64,000 bases of DNA from Candidatus Bipolaricaulota bacterium. Lineage in GTDB: Bacteria > Patescibacteriota > Patescibacteriia > UBA11705 > DATKZF01. The first letter of the stretch is position 1; each line of letters opens with the position of its first letter. Made by a program: the position numbers and the translations under genes. Positions 18,877 to 27,750 of the stretch are shown one piece after another. Location: contig DATKZF010000003.1 in assembly GCA_035528115.1 (NCBI GenBank), forward strand, positions 487,089-551,088, given 5' to 3'. The notes under the pieces are model-generated. The model saw only the letters and a list, made by a program, of their open reading frames with translations. It searched no databases and was not told the origin of the DNA.

Positions 18877-21279
18877 ATGAAAAAGTATAATCATCAAAAA
18901 ATCGAAAAAAAATGGCAAGACTTATGGGAAGAAAAAGAGGTCTTTCAGGCTTTGGATTTTGATAAAACCGACAAGCCCAAATATTATTGTCTGATAGAAT
19001 TTCCTTATCCGTCAGGCCAGGGACTTCACGTGGGTCATCCGAGAAGCTACACGGCCATGGATGTCATTGTCAGAAAGAAAAGAATGGAAGGCTATAATGT
19101 TTTATTTCCCATCGGCTGGGACGCTTTTGGTTTGCCCACGGAAAATTACGCCATCAAGACGGGCATTCATCCGAAGCTGGCCACCTCGCAAAACATTAAA
19201 AGATTCACTCAGCAAATCAAAAGTCTGGGCTTGAGTTTTGACTGGTCAAGGGAAATAAACACCACCGATCCCAAATATTACAAATGGACGCAGTGGATTT
19301 TTTTGAAACTTTACGAAAACGGTTTGGCTTATAAAAAGAAAATAGCCATCAATTGGTGCCCGTCATGCAAAATCGGTTTGGCCAATGAAGAAGTGATAGA
19401 CAACAAATGCGAGCGTTGCGGCCATCAGGTGGAAAGACGAGACATGGAGCAATGGCTTTTGAAGATCACCGAATACGCCGATCGTTTGATTGAAGATTTG
19501 TCCACCGTGGATTATCCCGAGAGCGTCAGATCCGCGCAGATCAATTGGATCGGCAGGAGCTATGGCGCGGAAGTGGATTTTAAAATCAAAGATTCGGATA
19601 AGAAAATAACGGTGTTCACGACCAGGCCGGACACGCTTTTCGGCGCCACCTACGTGGTGCTTTCGCCGGAGCATGAATTGGTTTCAAAAATAACGGCCAA
19701 GGCTCAAAAAGCCAAGGTCGAAAAATACCAATTGGCGGCCAGAAAGAAATCCGATTTGGAAAGAACCGAAACCGGCAAGGAAAAGACGGGCGTTTTCACC
19801 GGCGCTTTTGCCATCAATCCGGTCAATGGAGAAGAATTGCCGATTTGGATCGCCGATTATGTTTTAGCCAATTACGGCACGGGCGCGATCATGGCCGTGC
19901 CGGCTCATGATGAGCGGGATTTTGAATTCGCGACCGCTTATAAATTGCCGATTGTGGAAGTGATTACAGGTGGAAATATAACCGAGCAAGCATACACGGG
20001 AGAGGGTGAATTAATCAATTCCGACTTTCTAAACGGTCTGACGGTCGAGGAAGCCAAAGACAAAATGATCGCTTGGTTGGAAAAAAACGAGGCCGGCAAG
20101 TACGCGGTCAATTATAAATTGAGAGATTGGGTTTTTTCGCGTCAACATTATTGGGGCGAGCCCATCCCGATCGTTTTTTGCAAAAAATGCGGGGAAGTGC
20201 CAATCCCGGAAAAAGATTTGCCCGTGGTTTTGCCCAAAGTCGATAATTACAAACCGACTGAGACCGGCGAGTCTCCCTTGGCGAATATTAAAGAATGGGT
20301 GAACGTCAAATGTCCGAAATGCGGCGGCCCAGCCAGAAGGGAAACTGACACCATGCCGAATTGGGCGGGCAGTTCCTGGTATTTTTTACGCTATTGCGAT
20401 CCGAAAAACGATAAAGCTTTTGCCGATCCGGACAAATTGAAATATTGGCTGCCCGTTGATTTGTACAACGGCGGCATGGAGCACACCACTTTGCATTTGC
20501 TGTATTCTCGATTTTGGCACAAATTTTTATACGATATTGGCCAAGTGCCGACTGCAGAACCGTACGCGGCGCGTCGCTCGCACGGCATGATTTTGGGCGA
20601 AGACGGCCAGAAAATGTCCAAATCCAGGGGCAATGTCATTAATCCTGATGGAATTATCAAAGAATACGGAGCTGATGTTTTGCGCGTTTATGAAATGTTT
20701 ATGGGGCCGTACGGCCAGGCCATTTCCTGGTCAACCAGCGGTCTTAACGGCGCGCGCCGATTTTTGGATCGGGTCTATAATTTCAAAGCGTTCAAAAACA
20801 ACGGTCATGAAGATGATCCGAACACTTTGATGCTTTTGCATCAGACCATAAAAAAGGTCACCGAGGACATCGATAAAATGAGATTCAATACTTGCGTTTC
20901 CGCTCTGATGATTTTGCTCAATGATTTTGAAGAGAAAAAAGTCGTGTCCAAAGACACTTGGAAAAAATATCTGATTTTGCTCTCGCCGTTCGCCCCTCAT
21001 CTGGCCGAAGAGCTGTGGAGTGAAATGGGTGAGAAAAGATCGATTTGTTCCGTGGCTTGGCCGGAGTATGACAAGGATAAGATCGTGGAAGAAAAAGTGA
21101 AAATCGTGGTTCAGATCAATGGCAAGCTTAAAGTGAGTTTTGAGGCCGAGGCCGGCATCTCCGAAGATGAGGCCAAGGAAGACGCTTTGGGATTGGAAAA
21201 GGTCAAGCAGGCGCTTAAAGATAAAAAAATAAAGAAAACGATTTTCGTTAAGGATAGGTTGATCAATTTCGTGGTTTGA
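18877..21279 (+). CDS. leuS: Leucine--tRNA ligase
   Basis: HIGH-type motif [14 protein letters not shown], editing domain and a zinc CxxC...CxxC. The ATG lies 2 nt after the right inverted repeat of the upstream cassette. Confidence 0.95.
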   Translation: MKKYNHQKIEKKWQDLWEEKEVFQALDFDKTDKPKYYCLIEFPYPSGQGLHVGHPRSYTAMDVIVRKKRMEGYNVLFPIGWDAFGLPTENYAIKTGIHPKLATSQNIKRFTQQIKSLGLSFDWSREINTTDPKYYKWTQWIFLKLYENGLAYKKKIAINWCPSCKIGLANEEVIDNKCERCGHQVERRDMEQWLLKITEYADRLIEDLSTVDYPESVRSAQINWIGRSYGAEVDFKIKDSDKKITVFTTRPDTLFGATYVVLSPEHELVSKITAKAQKAKVEKYQLAARKKSDLERTETGKEKTGVFTGAFAINPVNGEELPIWIADYVLANYGTGAIMAVPAHDERDFEFATAYKLPIVEVITGGNITEQAYTGEGELINSDFLNGLTVEEAKDKMIAWLEKNEAGKYAVNYKLRDWVFSRQHYWGEPIPIVFCKKCGEVPIPEKDLPVVLPKVDNYKPTETGESPLANIKEWVNVKCPKCGGPARRETDTMPNWAGSSWYFLRYCDPKNDKAFADPDKLKYWLPVDLYNGGMEHTTLHLLYSRFWHKFLYDIGQVPTAEPYAARRSHGMILGEDGQKMSKSRGNVINPDGIIKEYGADVLRVYEMFMGPYGQAISWSTSGLNGARRFLDRVYNFKAFKNNGHEDDPNTLMLLHQTIKKVTEDIDKMRFNTCVSALMILLNDFEEKKVVSKDTWKKYLILLSPFAPHLAEELWSEMGEKRSICSVAWPEYDKDKIVEEKVKIVVQINGKLKVSFEAEAGISEDEAKEDALGLEKVKQALKDKKIKKTIFVKDRLINFVV

Positions 21280-21336
21280 TTTTGAAATTTATTATTCAAT
21301 AATTGAAAAACGGTTTTTAAAAAACCGTTTTTGGGT

Positions 21337-21394
21337 GGAACCGCCATGCAGAGACGCGTCATGGCGCGTCTCTGCATGGCGGTTCTTTGTTTTC
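21337..21394 (+). terminator. Long perfect hairpin GGAACCGCCATGCAGAGACGCG-tcatgg-CGCGTCTCTGCATGGCGGTTC plus T-rich tail (AGAGACGCG family)
   Basis: 22-bp stem; a second short hairpin AAAAACGGTTTTT/AAAAACCGTTTTT precedes it at 21307-21333. Confidence 0.75.
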
Positions 21395-21448
21395 GTAAAT
21401 TTATGATAAAATAAAGTTGACTGATATTTTGTAAGTTTTTAGAAAATT

Positions 21449-22207
21449 ATGCAACTGATTCAAGATTTGCAAGCTCTGGGGTTAAATGACAAGGAGGCCA
21501 GAGTCTACGTATCCGCTTTGCAGCTCGGACTTGCCACGGTTCAAGATCTGGCCGAAAGCGCGGAAATCAACAGAACCACCACTTATAATCATGTGCGCAA
21601 TTTGATTGAGCGGGGTATGATTGTTTCCCATGAAAAGCAAGGCAAGATTTTTTTCGTGGCGGAAAAGCCTGAAAATTTTTACAAATTGATTGAGGCCAAA
21701 GAAGAAGAAATCAAAAAGCAGCAGCAAGTCTTTTTCGACATGCTGCCCGAGCTGAAGGCCTTGTATAATATTTCTCTGGAAAAACCCAAAATCAGACTTT
21801 TTGAAGGACTGGAAGGCTTGGAAGAAATGCAAAGGGACATTTTATACAGTCGCGAGCAAGTCATGTTCGGTTTTTATTGTTTGGATTTAGTCTTCGACGT
21901 TTTTCCCGATATTTACAAAAATTATTCCAAGCTCAGAGTTAAAGAAGGCATCAGGTCTAAAATCATTTACACCAAAAAGGCGGGGCAAATGTATTTCGAA
22001 GACGATGTCACGCGCCTGCGTGAGCGCAGGTTCGTGCCTTACGATTATTTTCCGTTTCAAAGCGACGTGACCATTTACGGTAATAAAATCGCGATCGCTT
22101 CGTTAAAAAACACATTGCACGGTATAATTATAAATAACGCGAAAATTGCGGAAAGCTTCAAACTTCTTTTTTCGCTGGCCTGGGAGGGCGCTAAAAAATA
22201 TAATTAA
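21449..22207 (+). CDS. TrmB-family transcriptional regulator
   Basis: N-terminal winged HTH LNDKEARVYVSALQLGLATVQDLAESAEINRTTTYNHVRNLIERGMI; TrmB-like architecture with a C-terminal effector domain. Confidence 0.55.
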   Translation: MQLIQDLQALGLNDKEARVYVSALQLGLATVQDLAESAEINRTTTYNHVRNLIERGMIVSHEKQGKIFFVAEKPENFYKLIEAKEEEIKKQQQVFFDMLPELKALYNISLEKPKIRLFEGLEGLEEMQRDILYSREQVMFGFYCLDLVFDVFPDIYKNYSKLRVKEGIRSKIIYTKKAGQMYFEDDVTRLRERRFVPYDYFPFQSDVTIYGNKIAIASLKNTLHGIIINNAKIAESFKLLFSLAWEGAKKYN

Positions 22208-22224
22208 TATGGGCTGCGAATAAC

Positions 22225-22977
22225 ATGCACAAATTGAAAACACAATTGATGGAATTCGGACTTTTCGAAAAAGAAGCCGAAGCTTATTTGAAATTGTTGT
22301 CGGCCGGAGAAGCGAAAATCAGCGAATTGGCCGCTTCGCCGGATGTTCTCGGGAGTTTTTTGGTGGCTTTGGATTCATTGGCCGACAGAGAATTGATCTT
22401 AAAAAATAAAGTCGGAGATGTTTTTTATTATCAAGCCAAAGACCCGGAACATGTGCTGGCCAGTCTTCAAGAGAAAAAGGCCAGAGCCGAATTAAGCCGC
22501 GATAAAATCGACAAGGTGATGCTTAATTTGAATTGGCTTTATACTCAATCCGGAGGCAAGAAAGAAAAAGCGGCCGGAGTTTATCAAGGTTACGAAGGCG
22601 TGCTGGAAATCAGAAAAAAGATTTTTGAAAAAAAACACCAGAATATTTACAACATCACGTCGCTTCACCAATATTTGCCCAGAGCGCATGTGGAATCCAT
22701 GCTGGAGAACGTCAATGAATCTTATTTGGCCATTGTGCCCCAGCGCGATGAAAAATATTTGAAGGAATTGGACGGCTTAACCGGTAAAAATTCCAAATTA
22801 AAAATCAAACTCGCGCCTGACGCCATGTGGCCGGATAAATCGGAGGTTTTGATTTTTGGAGATTACGTCGCTTTCGGCGATATTGAAGATGAGCAAAGAT
22901 TCGTTTTAATTCAAAACGAACTGGTGGCGCAAAACATGAAAACCATGTTTGAAAATATGTGGAGCGATTTAAAATAA
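22225..22977 (+). CDS. TrmB-like regulator, more divergent paralogue
   Basis: FEKEAEAYLKLLSAGEAKISELAA HTH pattern; adjacent and co-oriented with 21449-22207. Confidence 0.45.
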   Translation: MHKLKTQLMEFGLFEKEAEAYLKLLSAGEAKISELAASPDVLGSFLVALDSLADRELILKNKVGDVFYYQAKDPEHVLASLQEKKARAELSRDKIDKVMLNLNWLYTQSGGKKEKAAGVYQGYEGVLEIRKKIFEKKHQNIYNITSLHQYLPRAHVESMLENVNESYLAIVPQRDEKYLKELDGLTGKNSKLKIKLAPDAMWPDKSEVLIFGDYVAFGDIEDEQRFVLIQNELVAQNMKTMFENMWSDLK

Positions 22978-23135
22978 ATGTCCGGGAATCGTCTTTGGCG
23001 ATCCCCGGAATTGACGCGCGCCGAATTTGCGATTTCGGTAAAGGCCGCAGTGAAAGATTCCTTTCCCGCCCCCTTTCAGTGCCGGTACTTGGAACCTTTC
23101 GGGCACCAGATCGGTTGGGGTTTTAGCCCTGGTGG

Positions 23136-23408
23136 CTACCGGTTTTTGAATGCCAGCAGCACGCACAACCAATAGACGATCGCCACGCGCTTTGCGATTT
23201 CGCGTTTGCGGATGTCCATGGCGGTCCTTTCCCAGCCTCCGCCGGACAAGCCGGCGCTGCCCGCTCTAAAGCCGCCCTTGGGCGACGACTCGGCGGCCAC
23301 GTAGCGGGAGAGAGATTGTCTCTCCGGCGTACCGGTTAAGGCCTCCTTTCCGGCTTCGGTTGTGCGATTGGCAACTTTGCCCGGCACAACGGATTTTTCT
23401 GGGTCCAT
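23136..23408 (-). CDS. Hypothetical GC-rich small protein with a single C-terminal TM anchor
   Basis: RBS-like GAGGG upstream of ATG (MDPEKS...); C-terminus KRVAIVYWLCVLLAFKNR is hydrophobic; high-GC3 codons. Coding status is uncertain. Confidence 0.25.
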   Translation of the reverse strand: MDPEKSVVPGKVANRTTEAGKEALTGTPERQSLSRYVAAESSPKGGFRAGSAGLSGGGWERTAMDIRKREIAKRVAIVYWLCVLLAFKNR

Positions 23409-23586
23409 TCCTAGACCCTCAGGACCTCGGAGCTCACTTGAATCCTCCTGTCGATCTGGGCGCACGTGTCTGTATTATTATAACATAAAAAAGCGTAAAA
23501 ATTCGCAAAAAAATGCTCATTGGGAGTTGTTTTTATTTTTGGAGTAATTGCGGTATAATGTTTGTGCTAAAAACTTTCTGAATATT

Positions 23587-24678
23587 ATGAAAATAGCGCT
23601 TATTCACGACAATTTGGTGCAGGAAGGCGGAGCTGAAAAGGTGCTGGCCGCCTTGTGCGAGATGTTTCCGGAAAGTCCGGTTTTTACCTTGGTACATAAT
23701 AAAAATAAGACTCAGTCTTTTTGGGGCAATAAAGAAATCAGGACGTCTTTTCTTCAAAAATTGCCTTTTGGCGTCAGCAAATTTCAATGGTTTTTAATGT
23801 GGATGCCCGCGGCTACGGAAAAGCACGATTTGAGCGAGTTTGATTTGATCATCTCCAGCTGTTCGGATTTCGCCAAGGGCGTCATTACCAAGCCGACCGC
23901 CAAGCACATCTGTTATTGCCACACGCCCACCAGGTATTTGTGGATTGAAAGCCAGAAATACGTGGACACTTTGAGAAAAAATAGCTTGGTGAAAAAATTC
24001 CTGCCCATTGCCTTGAGCAAATTGCGCTTATGGGACAGAATGGCCGCTGACAGAGTGGATGTCTTCGTGGCCAATTCCAATGTGGTCGCGCAAAGAATAA
24101 AAAAATATTACGGACAAGACAGTCGAGTTATTTTTCCTCCGGTGGAAACCTCCAAATTTTTCATCAGCTCTCGGCCCAAAAAATATTTTTTGGCCGGTGG
24201 CCGGTTGGTGCCGTACAAAAGGTTTGACTTGGCCATTACCGCGTTCAATCGACTCAATATGCCGCTGAAAATATTCGGCGACGGTTCGGAAAAAAAGAAT
24301 TTGATGAAACTGGCCAAAAACAACATTGAATTTTTAGGTAAAGTTTCGGATTCTAAAAAGGCTGAACTTTTCGCGGACAGCAAAGCGTTCATCAATCCGC
24401 AGGAAGAAGATTTCGGCATCACCAGCATCGAGGCCATGGCCAGCGGCCGTCCAGTAATCGCTTTTCGAGCCGGCGGCGCGCTCGACACGGTCATTGACAA
24501 TGAAACCGGAATTTTTTTCGACAGGCAAAATTGGGAAGATCTCGCTTATCGCGTCCTGAGCTTTGACGAAAAATCGTTTGACCCTGAAACGATCAGAGCG
24601 CACGCTCAAAATTTCGATTTGGAAATATTCAGGAATAAAATGAAAGAATTGATTTCCAGCCAGCCGCTAATGGATTAA
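23587..24678 (+). CDS. GT4-family glycosyltransferase (glycosyl transferases group 1)
   Basis: N-terminal MKIALIHDNLVQEGGAEKV and a C-terminal GT4 donor-binding region (FGITSIEAMASGRPVIA). Confidence 0.85.
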   Translation: MKIALIHDNLVQEGGAEKVLAALCEMFPESPVFTLVHNKNKTQSFWGNKEIRTSFLQKLPFGVSKFQWFLMWMPAATEKHDLSEFDLIISSCSDFAKGVITKPTAKHICYCHTPTRYLWIESQKYVDTLRKNSLVKKFLPIALSKLRLWDRMAADRVDVFVANSNVVAQRIKKYYGQDSRVIFPPVETSKFFISSRPKKYFLAGGRLVPYKRFDLAITAFNRLNMPLKIFGDGSEKKNLMKLAKNNIEFLGKVSDSKKAELFADSKAFINPQEEDFGITSIEAMASGRPVIAFRAGGALDTVIDNETGIFFDRQNWEDLAYRVLSFDEKSFDPETIRAHAQNFDLEIFRNKMKELISSQPLMD

Positions 24679-24687
24679 CGATCCGAT

Positions 24688-25824
24688 ATGAAAAACATCG
24701 CCATCGACGTTCGGTGCCTCCTGGAGGAGCGGCTGACCGGCGTCGGAGAATACACTTTTAATCTTTTAAAGTCGATTTTCGATATTGATCGCAATAATCA
24801 ATATTTTTTATTTTACAATCAAAGCGAGCCGTTTTTGGGGCATATTAAAAAGCTGGAAGCTGAAAACGTCACGCTCTGCGGATTCAAGATTCCCAATAAA
24901 TTTTTGAATTTGTCGCTAGGGGTGTTCGGCCGGCCTTTTTTGGATTCGCTGGTCGAGACTCAATGCAAGACTAAAATTCATCAGTTTTTTTTCCCCAACA
25001 TCAATTTTTTGTCGGTATCCCCGCTATGCAAATATATGGTCACTTGCCATGATTTATCTTTTGAAATTTTTCCGTATTTTTTTTCAACCAGACAAAAATT
25101 ATGGCACAAGGCGGTCAGGCCAAAAAGAATCTTCGAGCGCGCGGAAAAAATAATTTCGGTTTCCGCCAACACTAAAAAAGATTTGATTCAAGAATACAAT
25201 TTGAACCCCAATAAAATAGAGGTTATTCATTCGGGCATTGATATTAATTTGGACAAGTCAAAAAACGGAGAAATAAAAAGAAAATACGATTTGCCCGAGC
25301 GCTACATTTTGAGCTTGGGCACTCTGGAGCCCAGAAAGAATATTGAAACGCTCATCCAAGCGTTTGCCATGCTCAAAAAGCAAACCGAGGCGCCTCACAA
25401 ATTGATTATCGCCGGCGGCAAAGGCTGGAAGTACAAAAAGATTTTCGAGCTGGCCGCGAAAACAGATTTGGCCAAAGATATAATTTTTATCGGCTACATT
25501 CCGGCGTCGGACAAACCCAATATTTTGGCGCTGGCCGATGTTTTCGTTTATCCGTCTTTTTACGAAGGTTTCGGTTTTCCGCCCATTGAAGCCATGGCTT
25601 CGAGATGTCCGGTTATTTCCAGCCATGTGGCCTCGTTGCCGGAAATTTGCGAGAACGCGGCGCTGTTGATCGATCCTTACAGCATAGTGGATTTGTTTTT
25701 CGCCATGAAGGAAGTTTTGCGAGACAAAAATTTGAGAGTCAGTCTGATCGGCAAAGGGTTCGTGCAATCTTCGAAATTTTCGTGGCCGGAAGCGGCGGAG
25801 AAATTTTTAAAATTGATAAATTAA
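24688..25824 (+). CDS. GT4-family glycosyltransferase
   Basis: EGFGFPPIEAMASRCPVISS donor-binding motif; GT-B fold pattern. Confidence 0.85.
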   Translation: MKNIAIDVRCLLEERLTGVGEYTFNLLKSIFDIDRNNQYFLFYNQSEPFLGHIKKLEAENVTLCGFKIPNKFLNLSLGVFGRPFLDSLVETQCKTKIHQFFFPNINFLSVSPLCKYMVTCHDLSFEIFPYFFSTRQKLWHKAVRPKRIFERAEKIISVSANTKKDLIQEYNLNPNKIEVIHSGIDINLDKSKNGEIKRKYDLPERYILSLGTLEPRKNIETLIQAFAMLKKQTEAPHKLIIAGGKGWKYKKIFELAAKTDLAKDIIFIGYIPASDKPNILALADVFVYPSFYEGFGFPPIEAMASRCPVISSHVASLPEICENAALLIDPYSIVDLFFAMKEVLRDKNLRVSLIGKGFVQSSKFSWPEAAEKFLKLIN

Positions 25825-26130
25825 TGCTACGGATAGTTAATTCTAATAGGACAAGCTATGTTTGGGTGTAATCGTTTGCTACGGATATGAACTTCCAAAT
25901 AGCTTGGCTATGCGAATAAATTTAAAATAGCGACAGCATGGCTGAAGCTATTGTCGCGGGCGCTCGGCCTGCGCGGCGATGCGCGCGAATTCTTCGTATG
26001 TGTTGAATCCCATGACGACCATGCGGTGGTAAGTATCGCCGTTGTCGTCCGCGTCAGCGAAGATGTGCGGAGATGAGTCCGGCGTGATTCGTTCTACCCA
26101 CGCCTGAGATCCGCCAGGGAATGACTGAAT

Positions 26131-26322
26131 TCAGGTTTGCGCGGCATGAGCGTTCTCCTTGCCGTTGGCCAGGGCGTTGTATTTGTTGATGCCCATGATA
26201 ACAGCCACTTCGCGGCCGTTTTCGCAGATGAAGCTGATGGGCGCTTCCGGTCGGCAGTGTTGGGGGAGCCTCTCCCGCAACTTGTCGATCGGAGTTCTGT
26301 CTCGGATAATGTCGCTTGGCAT
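26131..26322 (-). CDS. Phd/YefM-family type II antitoxin-like protein (62 aa) in a GC-rich islet
   Basis: AAGGAGG RBS 5 nt upstream; APISFICENGREVAVIMGINKYNAL matches the Phd/YefM beta-strand/helix core (ITRxGKPVAVLxSxEEYExL). Confidence 0.5.
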   Translation of the reverse strand: MPSDIIRDRTPIDKLRERLPQHCRPEAPISFICENGREVAVIMGINKYNALANGKENAHAAQT

Positions 26323-26379
26323 GGCGTCCTCCTTGGTTGATATGATAAAATTAGCATAGGACGGCGGGATTGACAAATT

Positions 26380-26604
26380 CATGGATCACATATCATGGAG
26401 CACATAGCACGTATCATGCCTGCCCGCCGTAGCTTAAGAGCGAAGGCGGGGATCACCTATCATGAAACAAAAGAACATGAGACGGAAAAACAGAGAAACA
26501 AGGCCGACGCTGTTGTCATCTCGACCGAAGCGGAGAGATCTTTTCCTAATTCTTCGGAATAGATTTCTCCATCCCCAATTTCTAATTTCCGGTTTCTTAT
26601 TACC
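26380..26604. repeat. Dispersed intergenic repeat, copy A, directly upstream of the GT4 gene at 26624
   Basis: Shares a roughly 110-nt core with 46322-46547 (CATGAAAC..AAGGCCGACGCTGTTGTCATCTCGACC..GAAGCGGAGAGATCTTTTCCTAATTCTTCGGAATAGATTTCTCC..TCCGGTTTC..ATTACC) and an ATCATGGATCAC head that also appears inverted at 40565-40612. Confidence 0.65.
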
Positions 26605-26623
26605 CATTATTGTTAAATAAATT

Positions 26624-27748
26624 ATGCGCATAGGCATTGACGCTCGAATGTACGGCAGTCAGCAGACCGGCATCGGCAATTACATTAAAAATCTGACCGA
26701 GGCGCTTTTTGAAATCGATCGAAAGAACGAATACGTTTTGTTTTTGAGAGAACCGCAATTTTCCGAATATCAAATCCCTTATGCGAACGTTAAAAAAGCC
26801 AAAGTCACCCCGCGTTGGTACGGTTATGGAGAACAGCTGATTTTGCCTTTTCAATTGATGAGGGAAAAAATCGATATCATCCATTTCCCGCATTTTAATT
26901 CTCCGCTTTTTTATTTCAAACCGTCCGTGGTCACCATTCATGATGTGACCCCTTATCACTTCCCGGGACATCGCATGTCGTCATGGCTTCGGCGAGCCGG
27001 ATTTCGGCTGATTTTCAAGAATTCGGTCAAAAGAGCCCGCCAAGTCATCTGCGTGTCGCAAAGCACAAAAAACGATGTGATCAAGTATTTTCACGTTCCT
27101 GAGGATAAGCTGTTGGTAACTCACCTGGGGGTAAAAAAGCATTTTCGAAAAATTGAAAATCATGGTATAATAAATAAGTTGAAAGAAAAATACGGGATAA
27201 AAAAGCCCTTCATTTTTTACGTTGGCGTGTGGAGAAACCATAAAAATTTGCCGGGCCTGCTGAAAGCTTTTCAATTGCTTAAAACGCGATACAAATTGGA
27301 CTATCAATTGGTGCTGGGCGGCAATGAAGATCCTCATTATCCGGAGGTTCGCCAGACTTGGGAAAAATTGGGTCTGGCCAAGGACATTGTTTTGCCCGGA
27401 TTCATTCCGGAAAAGGAATTGCCTCTTTTTTACAATGCCGCGGCCGCTTATGTCATTCCTTCGTTCATCGAAGGATTCGGTCTGATCGGCATTGAAGCCA
27501 TGGCCTGCGGCGCGCCGGTCGTTTCTTCAAACACCAGCAGTTTGCCCGAAGTTTTGGGAGACGTGGCCGAATATTTCAATCCCGAAGACGAAAATGAAAT
27601 GGCGCGAAAAATATTCGAAGTTTTAACGGACAATGACAAGCGTTCAAAAATGGTTGCCAAAGGGTTTGAACAAATAAAAAAATATTCGTGGGAAGATTGC
27701 GCTCGAAAGACGCTGGACGTTTACGAACGGATTTATAAAAATAAATAA
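26624..27748 (+). CDS. GT4-family glycosyltransferase
   Basis: MRIGIDAR...GIGNY N-terminus and EGFGLIGIEAMACGAPVVSS. Confidence 0.85.
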   Translation: MRIGIDARMYGSQQTGIGNYIKNLTEALFEIDRKNEYVLFLREPQFSEYQIPYANVKKAKVTPRWYGYGEQLILPFQLMREKIDIIHFPHFNSPLFYFKPSVVTIHDVTPYHFPGHRMSSWLRRAGFRLIFKNSVKRARQVICVSQSTKNDVIKYFHVPEDKLLVTHLGVKKHFRKIENHGIINKLKEKYGIKKPFIFYVGVWRNHKNLPGLLKAFQLLKTRYKLDYQLVLGGNEDPHYPEVRQTWEKLGLAKDIVLPGFIPEKELPLFYNAAAAYVIPSFIEGFGLIGIEAMACGAPVVSSNTSSLPEVLGDVAEYFNPEDENEMARKIFEVLTDNDKRSKMVAKGFEQIKKYSWEDCARKTLDVYERIYKNK

Positions 27749-27750
27749 TT

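Noticed and set aside
16958-18880. CRISPR array among the GTTAC(G/A)AATTACAA repeats
   Set aside because: The repeats are short (14-16 bp), irregularly spaced, occur in both orientations and are scattered across the window rather than forming a regular repeat-spacer array; no cas genes are present.
26131-26322. TGA recoded as a sense codon (genetic code 25) to explain the in-frame continuation after the antitoxin ORF
   Set aside because: TGA terminates uvrA exactly at its expected conserved C-terminus (54627-54629) and other genes end normally, so the standard bacterial code applies.
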